Assembly (NCBI GenBank): GCA_016928835.1
Contig: JAFGJW010000007.1
Coordinates: 12,158-76,157, forward strand
DNA: 64,000 nt
From: Candidatus Woesearchaeota archaeon
Lineage (GTDB): Archaea; Nanobdellota; Nanobdellia; Woesearchaeales; GW2011-AR15
Direction: 5' to 3'
Shown here one piece after another: positions 30,861-41,420 of this stretch. The notes beneath the pieces were generated by a model. That model worked only from the letters and a program-made list of their open reading frames with translations. It had not been told where the DNA came from and ran no database searches. The position numbers and the translations under genes were made by a program. Positions within the stretch are counted from its first letter, which is position 1; every line of letters starts with the position of its first letter.

Positions 30861-30930
30861 GAGGGGGCAAGCCCCCTCCTGACCTCCCCCAGAAGCGCTT
30901 CTGGGGGTCGAAGGGGGCGGAGTCCCCTTC
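30861..30930. repeat. GC-rich triple-hairpin (REP-like) element, copy 1
   Basis: GAGGGGGC-AA-GCCCCCTC; palindrome CCCCCAGAAGCGCTTCTGGGGG; GAAGGGGGC-GGA-GTCCCCTTC. Confidence 0.7.
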
Positions 30931-30955
30931 TAACTTATATGAAGATTCATATTAA

Positions 30956-32161
<1,206 letters not shown>

Positions 32162-32285
32162 ATTGCTATTATTACTTCTTTGACTAAAATATTTCTGGAC
32201 CTTCTTGAACAACACCTAGATCTACCAGATACTGCGCCTCAGATCGTATCTCGATTTACGGTCCGTATTCTTACAAATACTGCCT

Positions 32286-32645
32286 CTATTTCACAAATTC
32301 AACATTATCAAAATTCTCGAATTCTTTATCGCCCGTAAGAAACTTCATTTTATTTTCTTCTGCCATTATGTAGCCTAAGCAATCAGGAAAGGATAGTTTT
32401 TTCTCTTTATTCTTAAGTCTGAATTTAGCAGCATCGTGAATATGTTCTTTTTTAATCTCCAAAAAATTGAAATTAAAAAGATTTAATATTTTTGTAACCT
32501 GGTTTTCTCTATCTCTTAAAATAAGATAGTAAAATTCATAATAGGTTAAATTATTAATAAAAACAGGTAAATCTACATATTTCTTATATGCTGGCTTTCC
32601 CTCTATTATTTCAATTAGTGCGTAGGTATCAAAAACAAAACTCAT
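32286..32645 (-). CDS. vapC: PIN-domain (VapC) toxin
   Basis: FVFDTYALI, LSFPDC and FLTGDKEF motifs; TAATG coupling to the antitoxin. Confidence 0.88.
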   Translation of the reverse strand: MSFVFDTYALIEIIEGKPAYKKYVDLPVFINNLTYYEFYYLILRDRENQVTKILNLFNFNFLEIKKEHIHDAAKFRLKNKEKKLSFPDCLGYIMAEENKMKFLTGDKEFENFDNVEFVK

Positions 32646-32866
32646 TACTCCCACTCTTCCCTTAATCTATCTTTTATATTCTGTGCGTTAATCTTCCAAT
32701 CTTTTGCTATGCCGAATACTTTTGGGTCTGGTTTTTTCACCTTTTTCTTTATTTCAACTATTATCTCCTCATTCTCTTTTATCTGTTCTTCCTCAATTAT
32801 TTTTTTGGGTATAGTAACACCTAATGAGTTTCCCCACGCCCTTGCTATAACCTCTATTTCAGTCAT
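32645..32866 (-). CDS. AbrB/MazE-type antitoxin
   Basis: WGNSLGVTIPK motif. Confidence 0.88.
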   Translation of the reverse strand: MTEIEVIARAWGNSLGVTIPKKIIEEEQIKENEEIIVEIKKKVKKPDPKVFGIAKDWKINAQNIKDRLREEWE

Positions 32867-32901
32867 TATGTATAATATAATATAATTATATTTAAAGTTT
32901 T

Positions 32902-33585
32902 CTATTCTCCAACATACATCTTCTTCTCCGGCACAAGATAAATCATCCAGAAGGATAAGATTGTGACTATTGCCTTAACCAAAATATTGCTTAAAACCAT
33001 AATCCAGAGAACATCTATGCTTAATACACCTGAAAAAGCTATTGCCGGAAAAATTATACTATCTATAGGAATTGAAATACTATTGGAAATAATAACCCTT
33101 AGCCACTGCGGTTTTTTCTTTCCAAAGCCAGTAGTCCACCATTGGTAGACTTCAGTATCGATCAACTCTGAAACAACTTCCGCAATTATAGAGGCAATTA
33201 CTATTCTTGGTATAAGACCAAAGATAAATTCCCATGCTGCCTGGGCTCCTCTTGAAGCTTCATTAGTCCCCACCATCAAACTCGTTGCATTCCAAAAAGA
33301 AGCGCCCCATACAGGTTCAGGGGGCAGCATTACTGCGAATTGGAAATAGAGAGCCATTATTATGTTAATAATACCAGCCAATATAATCGCCGTTTGTGCT
33401 GCTTTTTTTCCCAGTTGCTTATGGATAACATCCCTCCATGTAAAGGTAAAAGCATAAATGATGCCGGCATCCATTACAAGCCTGCCAAGTACAATTACTT
33501 TGGTTGCGGCAATATCTGCTGCCATTTGCAGGAATATATAAACACCAGAAAGGATAACTGCAACCTGCGTCTTTGTTAATCTCAT
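32902..33585 (-). CDS. yhhQ: Queuosine precursor transporter (YhhQ/Vut_1)
   Basis: ADIAATK, FTWRDVI, RIVIASIIA and SNSISIPIDSIIF motifs; near tgt. Confidence 0.8.
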   Translation of the reverse strand: MRLTKTQVAVILSGVYIFLQMAADIAATKVIVLGRLVMDAGIIYAFTFTWRDVIHKQLGKKAAQTAIILAGIINIIMALYFQFAVMLPPEPVWGASFWNATSLMVGTNEASRGAQAAWEFIFGLIPRIVIASIIAEVVSELIDTEVYQWWTTGFGKKKPQWLRVIISNSISIPIDSIIFPAIAFSGVLSIDVLWIMVLSNILVKAIVTILSFWMIYLVPEKKMYVGE

Positions 33586-33626
33586 ACAAAAGAAGAAGTC
33601 ATGTCAAATTAAAAAAGGTTGTGATT

Positions 33627-33863
33627 TTATCCTTCCTTAACAATTATCTGCTCCATTGCCTGCTCTATCTTCGCACTCATGTTGTACCCTTTATTTTTGC
33701 AAAGCTTCCTGAATTTAGATGCAGTAGATTTGTCTATTGTAAAGTTAAGTCTTGTTTTTGTTCTTATCTCATGGGTTTTTTCAAATTCTAAAAGAGTGTC
33801 AAATAATTCTTTGTGTTCTTTTGCGATCCTATGAGCTCTTTCACGGACATTTTCGGATGGCAT
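33627..33863 (-). CDS. Small RHH-like DNA-binding protein (putative antitoxin)
   Basis: KTRLNFTID...NMSAKIE; overlaps the Fic gene. Confidence 0.6.
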   Translation of the reverse strand: MPSENVRERAHRIAKEHKELFDTLLEFEKTHEIRTKTRLNFTIDKSTASKFRKLCKNKGYNMSAKIEQAMEQIIVKEG

Positions 33864-34191
33864 CTTTGATCATTTCCTCAATTTTTATTATATCTACAAT
33901 ATTTTTCAAAACAATCTTTTGGACTAGTTTAGCAACGTCACCATCATTTGTACTACAATTTTTTAATTCTGCATAATACTTCACTAACAAAGCAGCTGTT
34001 CTTTTATTGCCTTCTTCAAAAACATGATCCAGTAGTATTGCTCTCACTAAAAACGCTAGTGCTTTTGGCCAGTTTGTAGTTCTTTTTGCATAGCTTATAG
34101 CAAAATCCAGGCTTGCTTCATTAATAACAGTTCCAGTATCAAATTCCTGATTAAGTGCAATAATGTCCTTTTTTGTTAACATGAATCTCAT
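33841..34191 (-). CDS. Fic/Doc family toxin
   Basis: HVFEEGNKRTA motif. Confidence 0.85.
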   Translation of the reverse strand: MRFMLTKKDIIALNQEFDTGTVINEASLDFAISYAKRTTNWPKALAFLVRAILLDHVFEEGNKRTAALLVKYYAELKNCSTNDGDVAKLVQKIVLKNIVDIIKIEEMIKDAIRKCP

Positions 34192-34320
34192 TTTTAGTAT
34201 GTATTCGTGTGTATAAATGTGTATTTATATTTAAATTTATTGATTTTAAAAAGTAAAGAAAAAGTCATTTATATATCTCACTCGTGAATGTGTCGAGTGA
34301 AAAAATAGAAGATAAAGAAC

Positions 34321-37300
34321 TTATTTTATTCCCAGTTCCTCTTCTTTTTTCTTAACAAGCAAAGTTGTTTTCATCACGGTGTCAGGATTCAAAGACATTG
34401 ACTTGATTCCACATTTAACCAAGAATTCAGCAAACTCCGGAAAATCACTCGGTGCTTGTCCACATATCCCGATGTACTTCCCTTTCCTGTTCGCAATCTC
34501 GATAACCTGCTTTACTAATTTCTTTACTGCATCATTTCTCTCATCATAGATGTGGCTCACTAATTCTGAATCTCTATCTAAGCCAAGTGTTAATTGTGTA
34601 AGGTCATTGCTCCCTATAGAGAAACCATCAAAAATGTCTAAAAACTCTTCTGCCATAATAACATTACTTGGAATCTCGCACATACATACTATCCTCAGTT
34701 CATTTTCACCTTGTTTCAAACCAAATTCTTCCATTGTCTCAACTACTTTCTTGCCTTCATCAGCTGTCCTGCAAAAAGGTATCATAACAACTATATTAGT
34801 TAATCCCATCTCATCTCTGACTCTCTTTAATGCTTTACATTCCAAATTAAAAGCTTCTTTATAGTTCTTGTCATAATAGCGGGAGGCTCCTCTCCATCCA
34901 ATCATTGGGTTATCTTCCTCTGGCTCAAACTGCTTCCCCCCTATAAGATTTGCATATTCATTGCTCTTAAAATCACTTAATCTTACAATAACATCATGAG
35001 GATAGAAGGCGGCTCCTAACATAGCAATACCCTGGGCCAACTTATCAACAAAATAATCTCCCTTTTTCTTATACCCATAGGTAAGCTCTGAGATAATCTT
35101 CTTCGCTTTATTATCCTTTAATTTATCATACTTCAGCAATGCCAATGGATGCACCCGGATATATGAATTAATAATGAACTCCTCTCTGGCAAGACCAACC
35201 CCGTCATTTGGAATAAAACTTAGGTCAAATGCCTGTTCTGGATTGCCAATATTCATCATAATTTTTGTCTTGGGCCTTTTCAATCCCTTTAGGTCAGTCT
35301 CTTCAACTTCAAATTTCAAGAGTCCTTCATATACATAGCCATTTGTGCCTTGGGAGCAATCAACTGTTACTTTCTGGCCTGACTTTATTTTGGTTGTTGC
35401 TTTGAGTGTACCGACAATGCACGGTATCCCTAACTCTCTTGACACAATCGCTGCATGGCAATTATTTACTAGAACCGGTGTTAATCTACTGGTAAAAACA
35501 ATGTAGTTGTGGTTATCAGCCACTGTAATATTATATACTTCCTTAATCCCCTTCTCTTCCACAAAAGAGACTCTCTGCATTCGTGTGTCTGATTCAATAA
35601 GTTTATTCAGTTCATACTTTTCTCTTTCACTGCACATAGGGAGAACATTCTTAATAATTTTGTCAGCGTCAATCATTAAATTATTTACTACATATGTTTT
35701 TATTCTTCCTTTATAATTCACCTTATCAACAATATCTCCCATAACTTGTTTAGCAGAAAAGAATCTGACACCATTTACTGTTCTATTATCCTTTCCCTTG
35801 ACTCTTTTTGTGTATGCTAATATCTCATCAATGCGCTCAACTATCTGCACATTCCATATTGTTCTATTTGTTGTTATCTGGGGCACAACTCCAAGTCTCA
35901 AGCAACTTACAACAATGGACTCCAGTAATAACCTGCTTGAGCAATATATATTTATTCTGCTACTCTGGTGGCTATAGCTTCCGTCTCCATCAATAACTCC
36001 TGCAAGATAATTTAAGACTAAAGTTGTATCCGCTTGCAGAAGCGTCTGGACTATCAGCTGCTTCTCTTGGTTCAATTGAGTAGCTATCTGTTTACTATAA
36101 CACCTGTATGCGGTTGCGTTGCCTTCAACAAGTTCTCCCCTTATGAGACCAGAAGACGTTTTTTTCTTGACTGCTTTAAATGATTTGTTGAACAGCTTTT
36201 CCATGCATTGGTTTACTTGGTAAATGAACTCTTCTTTTTCCTCCGTCGGCTTTTGGATGAATTGCACTTCACCATGGGTTGATGAAAGATATATGCTTCC
36301 ATCAGTGATAAGTGCTCCTAAAAGATATGCTAATTTGTGCTCCTTATCTGTGGAAGTGTTTAGCTGCGGAATCTTTTGGGCTAATAGAAGCATCTGTTCA
36401 CCTTCAAGCAATGTGGATACCTGTCTACCCACTAGTTCTCTGTCTTTAAAAGTAAGCATTTTATGGTCTGGTGTTAAGTTCAAGGTATTTCCTTTCATTC
36501 TTCCTGTTTGGGAAACACCTACTTCAATCACTTCTGATTCTCTCTTCATTGAAGCTATTACTGGTTTCCACTCAATTTTCAAGGTTTCTTTGTTTAAAGA
36601 GGGGACATATAGACCATCATAATCATTAAATACCTCTTTAAAGGTCCTGAACCCTTGATTTGTAAGCAAGACGGTATCACCAGTAAAGCATGTTCTCCCT
36701 CCTCTATTAGTCACAATAGCAGAGGCAATCTTCATTATGGGCTCCCAATCCGGGTCGGTCATATCAGTAACCAAAACCTGGCCTTTCTTAAAATTCCCAA
36801 TCTGCTTTACCTCGGCAATCACATTTGCGTCTCCCTGCCCGATCATCTCACCAACTGCATTACCTTCAACAAGCACCTGGCCTTTTTCTTTCAGCACATA
36901 TTTTTTCAAGACATCCACATCTTTTTGGGAATGGACTGTCTCAGGCCTTGCCTGTACAATATATAGATGTTTGTCAACACCATCCTTAGCCCATTCCATG
37001 TCCATGGGCTTGAAATGGCCTGCCTTTGCTGAATAATGATCCTCTATTATACAACCCCATTTAGCCAGTGTCAAGATCTCATCATCTGTCAGACAGAATT
37101 TTTTTCTCTCGCCTTCTGTAGTATTTATGTTTTTTGTTGGTTTATTCCTGTCAGTGGAATAAACCATTTTTTTCTCTTTTGAACCTACTTTTTTGCTTAG
37201 GATAGGTTTGAAACCCTTCTTCATTGTAGGCTTGAAGACATAGAACTCATCTGGATTGACTGCACCCTGCACGATATTTTCTCCTAGGCCCCATGAGCCT

Positions 37301-37974
37301 GTGACAAAAACAACATCTTTGAATCCTGACTCAGTGTCAATTGAGAACATGACACCAGAGCATGCCTTGTCGCTCCTGACCATTTTCTGGACAGCAATAC
37401 TCAGTCCGATTGAGAAATGGTCAAAGCCTTTGTCTTCCCTATATGAAATCGCTCTATTTGTAAAAAGTGATGCAAAACATTTTTTGCAGGCATCTAATAA
37501 TTGTTTTTCTCCTCTTATATTAAGATAAGTCTCCTGCTGTCCCGCAAAGCTAGCATCTGGAAGATCTTCTGCAGTTGCACTGGACCTTACAGCCACATCA
37601 ACATTCTGCTGCTTATAGGCCTTGCACAGATTTTGATACTCTCTAGTTATTTGCTCTGCCAATTCTTTAGGCAGCTCAATATTTTTAATAAGCTTTCTTA
37701 CTTTTTCGCCTCTCTCTTGAAGATTCTTAATATTATGGGTGTCCAAGTCTTTTAATATCTCCTTTATCTTTTCTTTTGCTTGTTCTTTCTCTAATAAATA
37801 AAAATAAGAGTATGCAGTAATGGCAAAACCATTAGGCACTCTAACGCCTTTTGATGTTAATTCGCGATACATCTCTCCCAGAGATGCATTTTTTCCACCT
37901 ACTAAAGGCACATCTTCTATGCCAAGCTGGTCAAACCAAAGAATAAATGCGTTTTTTTTATCCAAGATAAACAC
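34321..37974 (-). CDS. ppsA: Phosphoenolpyruvate synthase containing an intein
   Basis: VGGKNASLGE, VRSSATAED, QARPETV, GGRT|intein|CHAAIVSRE and FSIGSNDLTQ motifs. Confidence 0.96.
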   Translation of the reverse strand: MFILDKKNAFILWFDQLGIEDVPLVGGKNASLGEMYRELTSKGVRVPNGFAITAYSYFYLLEKEQAKEKIKEILKDLDTHNIKNLQERGEKVRKLIKNIELPKELAEQITREYQNLCKAYKQQNVDVAVRSSATAEDLPDASFAGQQETYLNIRGEKQLLDACKKCFASLFTNRAISYREDKGFDHFSIGLSIAVQKMVRSDKACSGVMFSIDTESGFKDVVFVTGSWGLGENIVQGAVNPDEFYVFKPTMKKGFKPILSKKVGSKEKKMVYSTDRNKPTKNINTTEGERKKFCLTDDEILTLAKWGCIIEDHYSAKAGHFKPMDMEWAKDGVDKHLYIVQARPETVHSQKDVDVLKKYVLKEKGQVLVEGNAVGEMIGQGDANVIAEVKQIGNFKKGQVLVTDMTDPDWEPIMKIASAIVTNRGGRTCFTGDTVLLTNQGFRTFKEVFNDYDGLYVPSLNKETLKIEWKPVIASMKRESEVIEVGVSQTGRMKGNTLNLTPDHKMLTFKDRELVGRQVSTLLEGEQMLLLAQKIPQLNTSTDKEHKLAYLLGALITDGSIYLSSTHGEVQFIQKPTEEKEEFIYQVNQCMEKLFNKSFKAVKKKTSSGLIRGELVEGNATAYRCYSKQIATQLNQEKQLIVQTLLQADTTLVLNYLAGVIDGDGSYSHQSSRINIYCSSRLLLESIVVSCLRLGVVPQITTNRTIWNVQIVERIDEILAYTKRVKGKDNRTVNGVRFFSAKQVMGDIVDKVNYKGRIKTYVVNNLMIDADKIIKNVLPMCSEREKYELNKLIESDTRMQRVSFVEEKGIKEVYNITVADNHNYIVFTSRLTPVLVNNCHAAIVSRELGIPCIVGTLKATTKIKSGQKVTVDCSQGTNGYVYEGLLKFEVEETDLKGLKRPKTKIMMNIGNPEQAFDLSFIPNDGVGLAREEFIINSYIRVHPLALLKYDKLKDNKAKKIISELTYGYKKKGDYFVDKLAQGIAMLGAAFYPHDVIVRLSDFKSNEYANLIGGKQFEPEEDNPMIGWRGASRYYDKNYKEAFNLECKALKRVRDEMGLTNIVVMIPFCRTADEGKKVVETMEEFGLKQGENELRIVCMCEIPSNVIMAEEFLDIFDGFSIGSNDLTQLTLGLDRDSELVSHIYDERNDAVKKLVKQVIEIANRKGKYIGICGQAPSDFPEFAEFLVKCGIKSMSLNPDTVMKTTLLVKKKEEELGIK
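35461..36690 (-). mobile_element. 410-aa intein with LAGLIDADG homing endonuclease
   Basis: Begins CFTGDT and ends VYNITVADNHNY...VLVNN before a +1 Cys; contains YLLGALITDG and YLAGVIDGDG. Confidence 0.93.
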
Positions 37975-38061
37975 CTCTTATACTAAAAATAACCATTTAG
38001 AATTGTACAGAGATAGATAAGTTTTATAAAGGTTTGTTATGAGTGAAGAGTGGGGAAAGAG

Positions 38062-38832
38062 TTAACCTAAATTAAACCTACAAGTTCCACAGCGAGAATA
38101 TATTTTATAGGTTGCGGGTTGTGAAGGACTAAAAGCCTCATGTTCCCCATCCGGATCTAAAGCAGAATAAGGAATTTTAATGTCGCGTTTATGATATAGT
38201 TCAAGAAACAGAGCTCTAGGCAAGAGTATTACTCGAGGATGAGTCATATCTCCACACCTATTACGAGGCAGATGCACTTTGTCTCCATTTTTTGTAACAA
38301 CTACTAATTTTGGTGAACTTGCTTCTCTTACTTCGCTTTCAGTTTGGTATGTAGGCACTAGAGGAATATTTAGATAAGGTTTTCCTTCCCATACAAGAAT
38401 GTGCAAACCTTGCTCTGTAGGAAGCCTTGTAATTAGCTCATGCCTCAAGGCCTGCTCAATAGGATACATCAATGGTTTTGGGAATGGAGGGAAAAAGAAC
38501 AATGGTTCAACAAAAGAAGTATCTATTTTTCCTGCTTCATGTTCAACAATAGAGGTAAGTGAATCCGCACAACTGTCGGCAATCCTCACAAGAGTCTCTT
38601 CGGGTCTGGTTTTTGCGGATATTTGTTCTCGAATTTTGCGTCTTATTGAATAATTAAAAAAAGTCTTATCGAATATAAAATTAAAATCTTCATTCCCAGG
38701 AAACCATAATCCTTGCGGTACAAAAGTTATTGCTAGATTAACATCAGTTAAGTCTTGAGTTTCTGACCGGTCTATCCAATAAAAATAAATTCCCCTTGGC
38801 ACATGTAATCTTCTTAACACATAAGCTAGCAT
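38062..38832 (-). CDS. Hypothetical protein
   Basis: Long ORF; probable start MLAYVL; C-terminal CGTC. Confidence 0.55.
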   Translation of the reverse strand: MLAYVLRRLHVPRGIYFYWIDRSETQDLTDVNLAITFVPQGLWFPGNEDFNFIFDKTFFNYSIRRKIREQISAKTRPEETLVRIADSCADSLTSIVEHEAGKIDTSFVEPLFFFPPFPKPLMYPIEQALRHELITRLPTEQGLHILVWEGKPYLNIPLVPTYQTESEVREASSPKLVVVTKNGDKVHLPRNRCGDMTHPRVILLPRALFLELYHKRDIKIPYSALDPDGEHEAFSPSQPATYKIYSRCGTCRFNLG

Positions 38833-39010
38833 GTTTGCTTTTCTTAGCATGTTATTCTTAAACTTTTCTGTTTTAACCACTCGAAAGTACTTACAAAACC
38901 GAAACATTTAAATAGGAGTTCTAACTACTATCTAGTAACTACAATGAGGCGTAAGAGCCAATTCTCATTATCACCCCACTCAAAACTCTTACGCCGCATA
39001 AACATTGAAA

Positions 39011-39139
39011 ATGGAATACGAAAAAGACATCGAAATCCTAAGAACGTTGAGAAAAAACTCTAAAAAAAGGAGTTTTAATGAGGCTATTAACAGCAAAGAG
39101 CTTAGTGCTGATGAGCTTGACGAATTATTTTTATCATAG
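39011..39139 (+). CDS. Putative small protein (42 aa)
   Basis: MEYEKDIEILRTLRKNSKKRSFNEAINSKELSADELDELFLS; translated manually. Confidence 0.35.
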   Translation: MEYEKDIEILRTLRKNSKKRSFNEAINSKELSADELDELFLS

Positions 39140-39147
39140 GTGATATT

Positions 39148-39264
39148 ATGGCTAGGATCAGACGATCAAAAACAAATACTACCTTTTTCATGGACATACC
39201 TAAAGACGAGGAGAATGGAAAGAGATGGAAAAAGATTGAAGATGGTCTTGAATATGAATTCTAG
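39148..39264 (+). CDS. Putative small protein (38 aa)
   Basis: SD AGGTGA, then MARIRRSKTNTTFFMDIPKDEENGKRWKKIEDGLEYEF. Confidence 0.4.
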   Translation: MARIRRSKTNTTFFMDIPKDEENGKRWKKIEDGLEYEF

Positions 39265-39309
39265 TTTTTAAATAAAAATATTAACTCTTACTATTTCTAC
39301 ATGCATTAC

Positions 39310-39475
39310 GCCAAGGTGGGACAATTCGGCTACTCCGACGGTCTCGAACAGCCCTGCTGTGCCTGGAGGCCTTCGCGGCTAAAAGGCTTTCGGGCAAACC
39401 GTTTCCTTCGGGAACTCCCGGTTCAAAGAACCTTTTAAGAAAAAATCTTAGGTTTTGAAAGTCCGGGCCTTGGCG
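39310..39475 (+). tRNA. tRNA-Ser(CGA) with introns at 37/38 (39349-39396) and 59/60 (39428-39461)
   Basis: Acceptor GCCAAGG/CCTTGGC with G73; anticodon stem ACGGT/ACCGT; V-arm TTCC-TTCG-GGAA; T-stem CCCGG/CCGGG; BHB-like central helices CTCG/CGGG and TTCA/TGAA. Confidence 0.9.
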
Positions 39476-39496
39476 CCTTTCAATATCAATGCATTT

Positions 39497-39799
39497 CTAT
39501 TGCTCATCCTTATGTGAATACTCAACAAATCTAATTATTCTCTCTTGTTCATAGTAAACATAGTAAAGTCTAAAAGAATCAAGATAAACCTCTTGTTCAC
39601 CTTTCCTTGAATACCTCATGTGCTTCCCAATGCTGGGATTCTGAACAATTTTTAATATTTGTTTGAATAGTCTAATCTTTGTATTGGTATCCTTAGTTTT
39701 TTTTATAAGTTTATTAAATTCTTCTGAGAAACGTAACGAGATGTTTTTTTCCTTTGCTGTGGCTAAAATAAGGATTCTAATCTCTTCAATTGAGCTCAT
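39497..39799 (-). CDS. RelE/ParE family toxin
   Basis: FSEEFNKLIKK, NPSIGKHMR, FRLYY and HKDE motifs. Confidence 0.8.
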   Translation of the reverse strand: MSSIEEIRILILATAKEKNISLRFSEEFNKLIKKTKDTNTKIRLFKQILKIVQNPSIGKHMRYSRKGEQEVYLDSFRLYYVYYEQERIIRFVEYSHKDEQ

Positions 39800-40065
39800 T
39801 TTAGGACTTCTTCAGCATCAAGTTCCTTGCCTTCTTCCATATCCTGCAATATTTTGTCGTGCCTCATTGCCCTAACAAAATCTCTTGCAAATCTGCTCTT
39901 CTTTCTGTCAATATTCAGAATGTCCTTAACAGGTTTAATGACTATCTCATTATCATCAGACATTATTACCAACTGGTCATTTTCTGTCAAGCCCAAATGA
40001 TCCCGTATGTTGTTAGGTATAACAATCTGGCCGCGAGTGCTTAGTTTCGTTATTCCAATTTCCAT
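39796..40065 (-). CDS. AbrB/SpoVT family antitoxin
   Basis: TKLSTRGQIVIP..IRDHLGL; SD GAGGT; ATGA overlap with the toxin. Confidence 0.85.
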   Translation of the reverse strand: MEIGITKLSTRGQIVIPNNIRDHLGLTENDQLVIMSDDNEIVIKPVKDILNIDRKKSRFARDFVRAMRHDKILQDMEEGKELDAEEVLK

Positions 40066-40084
40066 GTTTTTTACCTCAATAATA

Positions 40085-40104
40085 CGAAAATGAAAACATT
40101 TTCG
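40085..40104. promoter_or_regulatory. Palindromic putative operator of the AbrB-RelE operon
   Basis: CGAAAATG-AAAA-CATTTTCG about 20 nt upstream of the start codon. Confidence 0.5.
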
Positions 40105-40292
40105 AATATCCAGAATAAAGAAATTATTCTGTATAAGTATGAAAAGTAAGATTATTATATAAATCTTTTGGAATTGAGAGAATTGTTTAGAGTTACAGAA
40201 AAATATAAAAATAATAATATCAAAATAGAACATATTATGAAGGAAAAAGGTTAGCAAAATATTTCCCAAGAATTATTCAATTATTTTTTTCA

Positions 40293-40310
40293 GTCAAGGC
40301 CTTGGCGCCT
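40293..40310 (+). repeat. Direct repeat of the tRNA-Ser 3' end (att-like)
   Basis: GTCAAGGCCTTGGCGCCT versus GTCCGGGCCTTGGCGCCT at 39461-39478; perfect 13-nt core. Confidence 0.7.
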
Positions 40311-40421
40311 ACTTCCTAATCCTGCTATGTAAATAGTTCTAATTAATTATTAAGAACTTCTATGTGTAATCCCTTTTAAATTCGAAAAGAATATAAACTT
40401 ACCTAAGAAAGAATAGATGTT

Positions 40422-41417
40422 ATGCTTATAGTTGACATTTTAATCTTCATTGCTGCATGTTCCGTGTTAGTTAAAAGCAGTTCATGGCTCTTGAAAAGCC
40501 TCATCAAAATTTCCTTCTTCTTTAATATAAGCGATGTTATTACTGGGTCTGTAATAATGGCTATCTCCACATCTTTCCCAGAATTGTCTGTAGGCATTAT
40601 GTCAGCATTTGATCATCAGCCAATACTTGGCCTCGGCACATCAATTGGGACAATAATATTCAATCTCACTATGATAATGGGAATTATCACGCTCATGGCA
40701 CGTGGAATAAAGATGAGGAATAACTTGTTGCGCAAAGAACTCCTATATATGCTCTTTATTGTCTTTACTCCAGTAATCTTGATGAATGACCATTATTTTT
40801 GGCAACTCTTAGGAATATATATTGCACCGGGAATATCAAGATGGAATGGTTTTATTCTCATTGCCATTTTCTGCTTATATTTGTGGAAGATATTCTCACA
40901 ACATAAAAAATTTAATACTGTGCACCACCACGAACGCTCTTGTAATATAATGAAAGAGACTACAATTCTTTTGTTTAATTTGTCTTTGCTTTTATTAAGC
41001 GCAAAACTAAGTGTTGAATATGCTGAACTGCTTTCTGGTGAACTTGGTATTGCCAATCTATATATGGGCTTATTTATACTAGCTATTGGGACTAGTCTTC
41101 CTGAACTTGTGTTTTCTACAAGAGCAGTGCTCACCAGACACCAGGATATGGCTCTTGGAGATTTGATAGGAAGTGCAATAACCAACTCCACACTTGTTAT
41201 CGGTGCCATTGCCGTAATTTCACCCATTGGTGAGAATATCAAGGCATTGTTTATTAGCAGTATGTTTATGCTAGTAATTTGCTTCATATTTTTCACATTT
41301 GCTGAGAGCGGCAGAGAATTAAGCTGGAAAGAAGGGATATCCTTGATCCTCCTATACTGTTTTTATCTGTTCATACAATTATACACAAGAACAAATCCGT
41401 TATTATTTATGCAATAG
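40422..41417 (+). CDS. Ca2+/Na+ antiporter (CaCA/YrbG family)
   Basis: STSFPEL and GTSLPEL alpha repeats. Confidence 0.88.
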   Translation: MLIVDILIFIAACSVLVKSSSWLLKSLIKISFFFNISDVITGSVIMAISTSFPELSVGIMSAFDHQPILGLGTSIGTIIFNLTMIMGIITLMARGIKMRNNLLRKELLYMLFIVFTPVILMNDHYFWQLLGIYIAPGISRWNGFILIAIFCLYLWKIFSQHKKFNTVHHHERSCNIMKETTILLFNLSLLLLSAKLSVEYAELLSGELGIANLYMGLFILAIGTSLPELVFSTRAVLTRHQDMALGDLIGSAITNSTLVIGAIAVISPIGENIKALFISSMFMLVICFIFFTFAESGRELSWKEGISLILLYCFYLFIQLYTRTNPLLFMQ

Positions 41418-41420
41418 TGA

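Noticed and set aside
34278-34300. Hairpin TCACTCG...CGAGTGA downstream of ppsA
   Set aside because: A 7-bp stem in single copy; I cannot distinguish a terminator or operator from chance.
40066-40269. N-terminal extension of the AbrB ORF
   Set aside because: This is AT-rich non-coding sequence; the SD and operator support the start at 40065.
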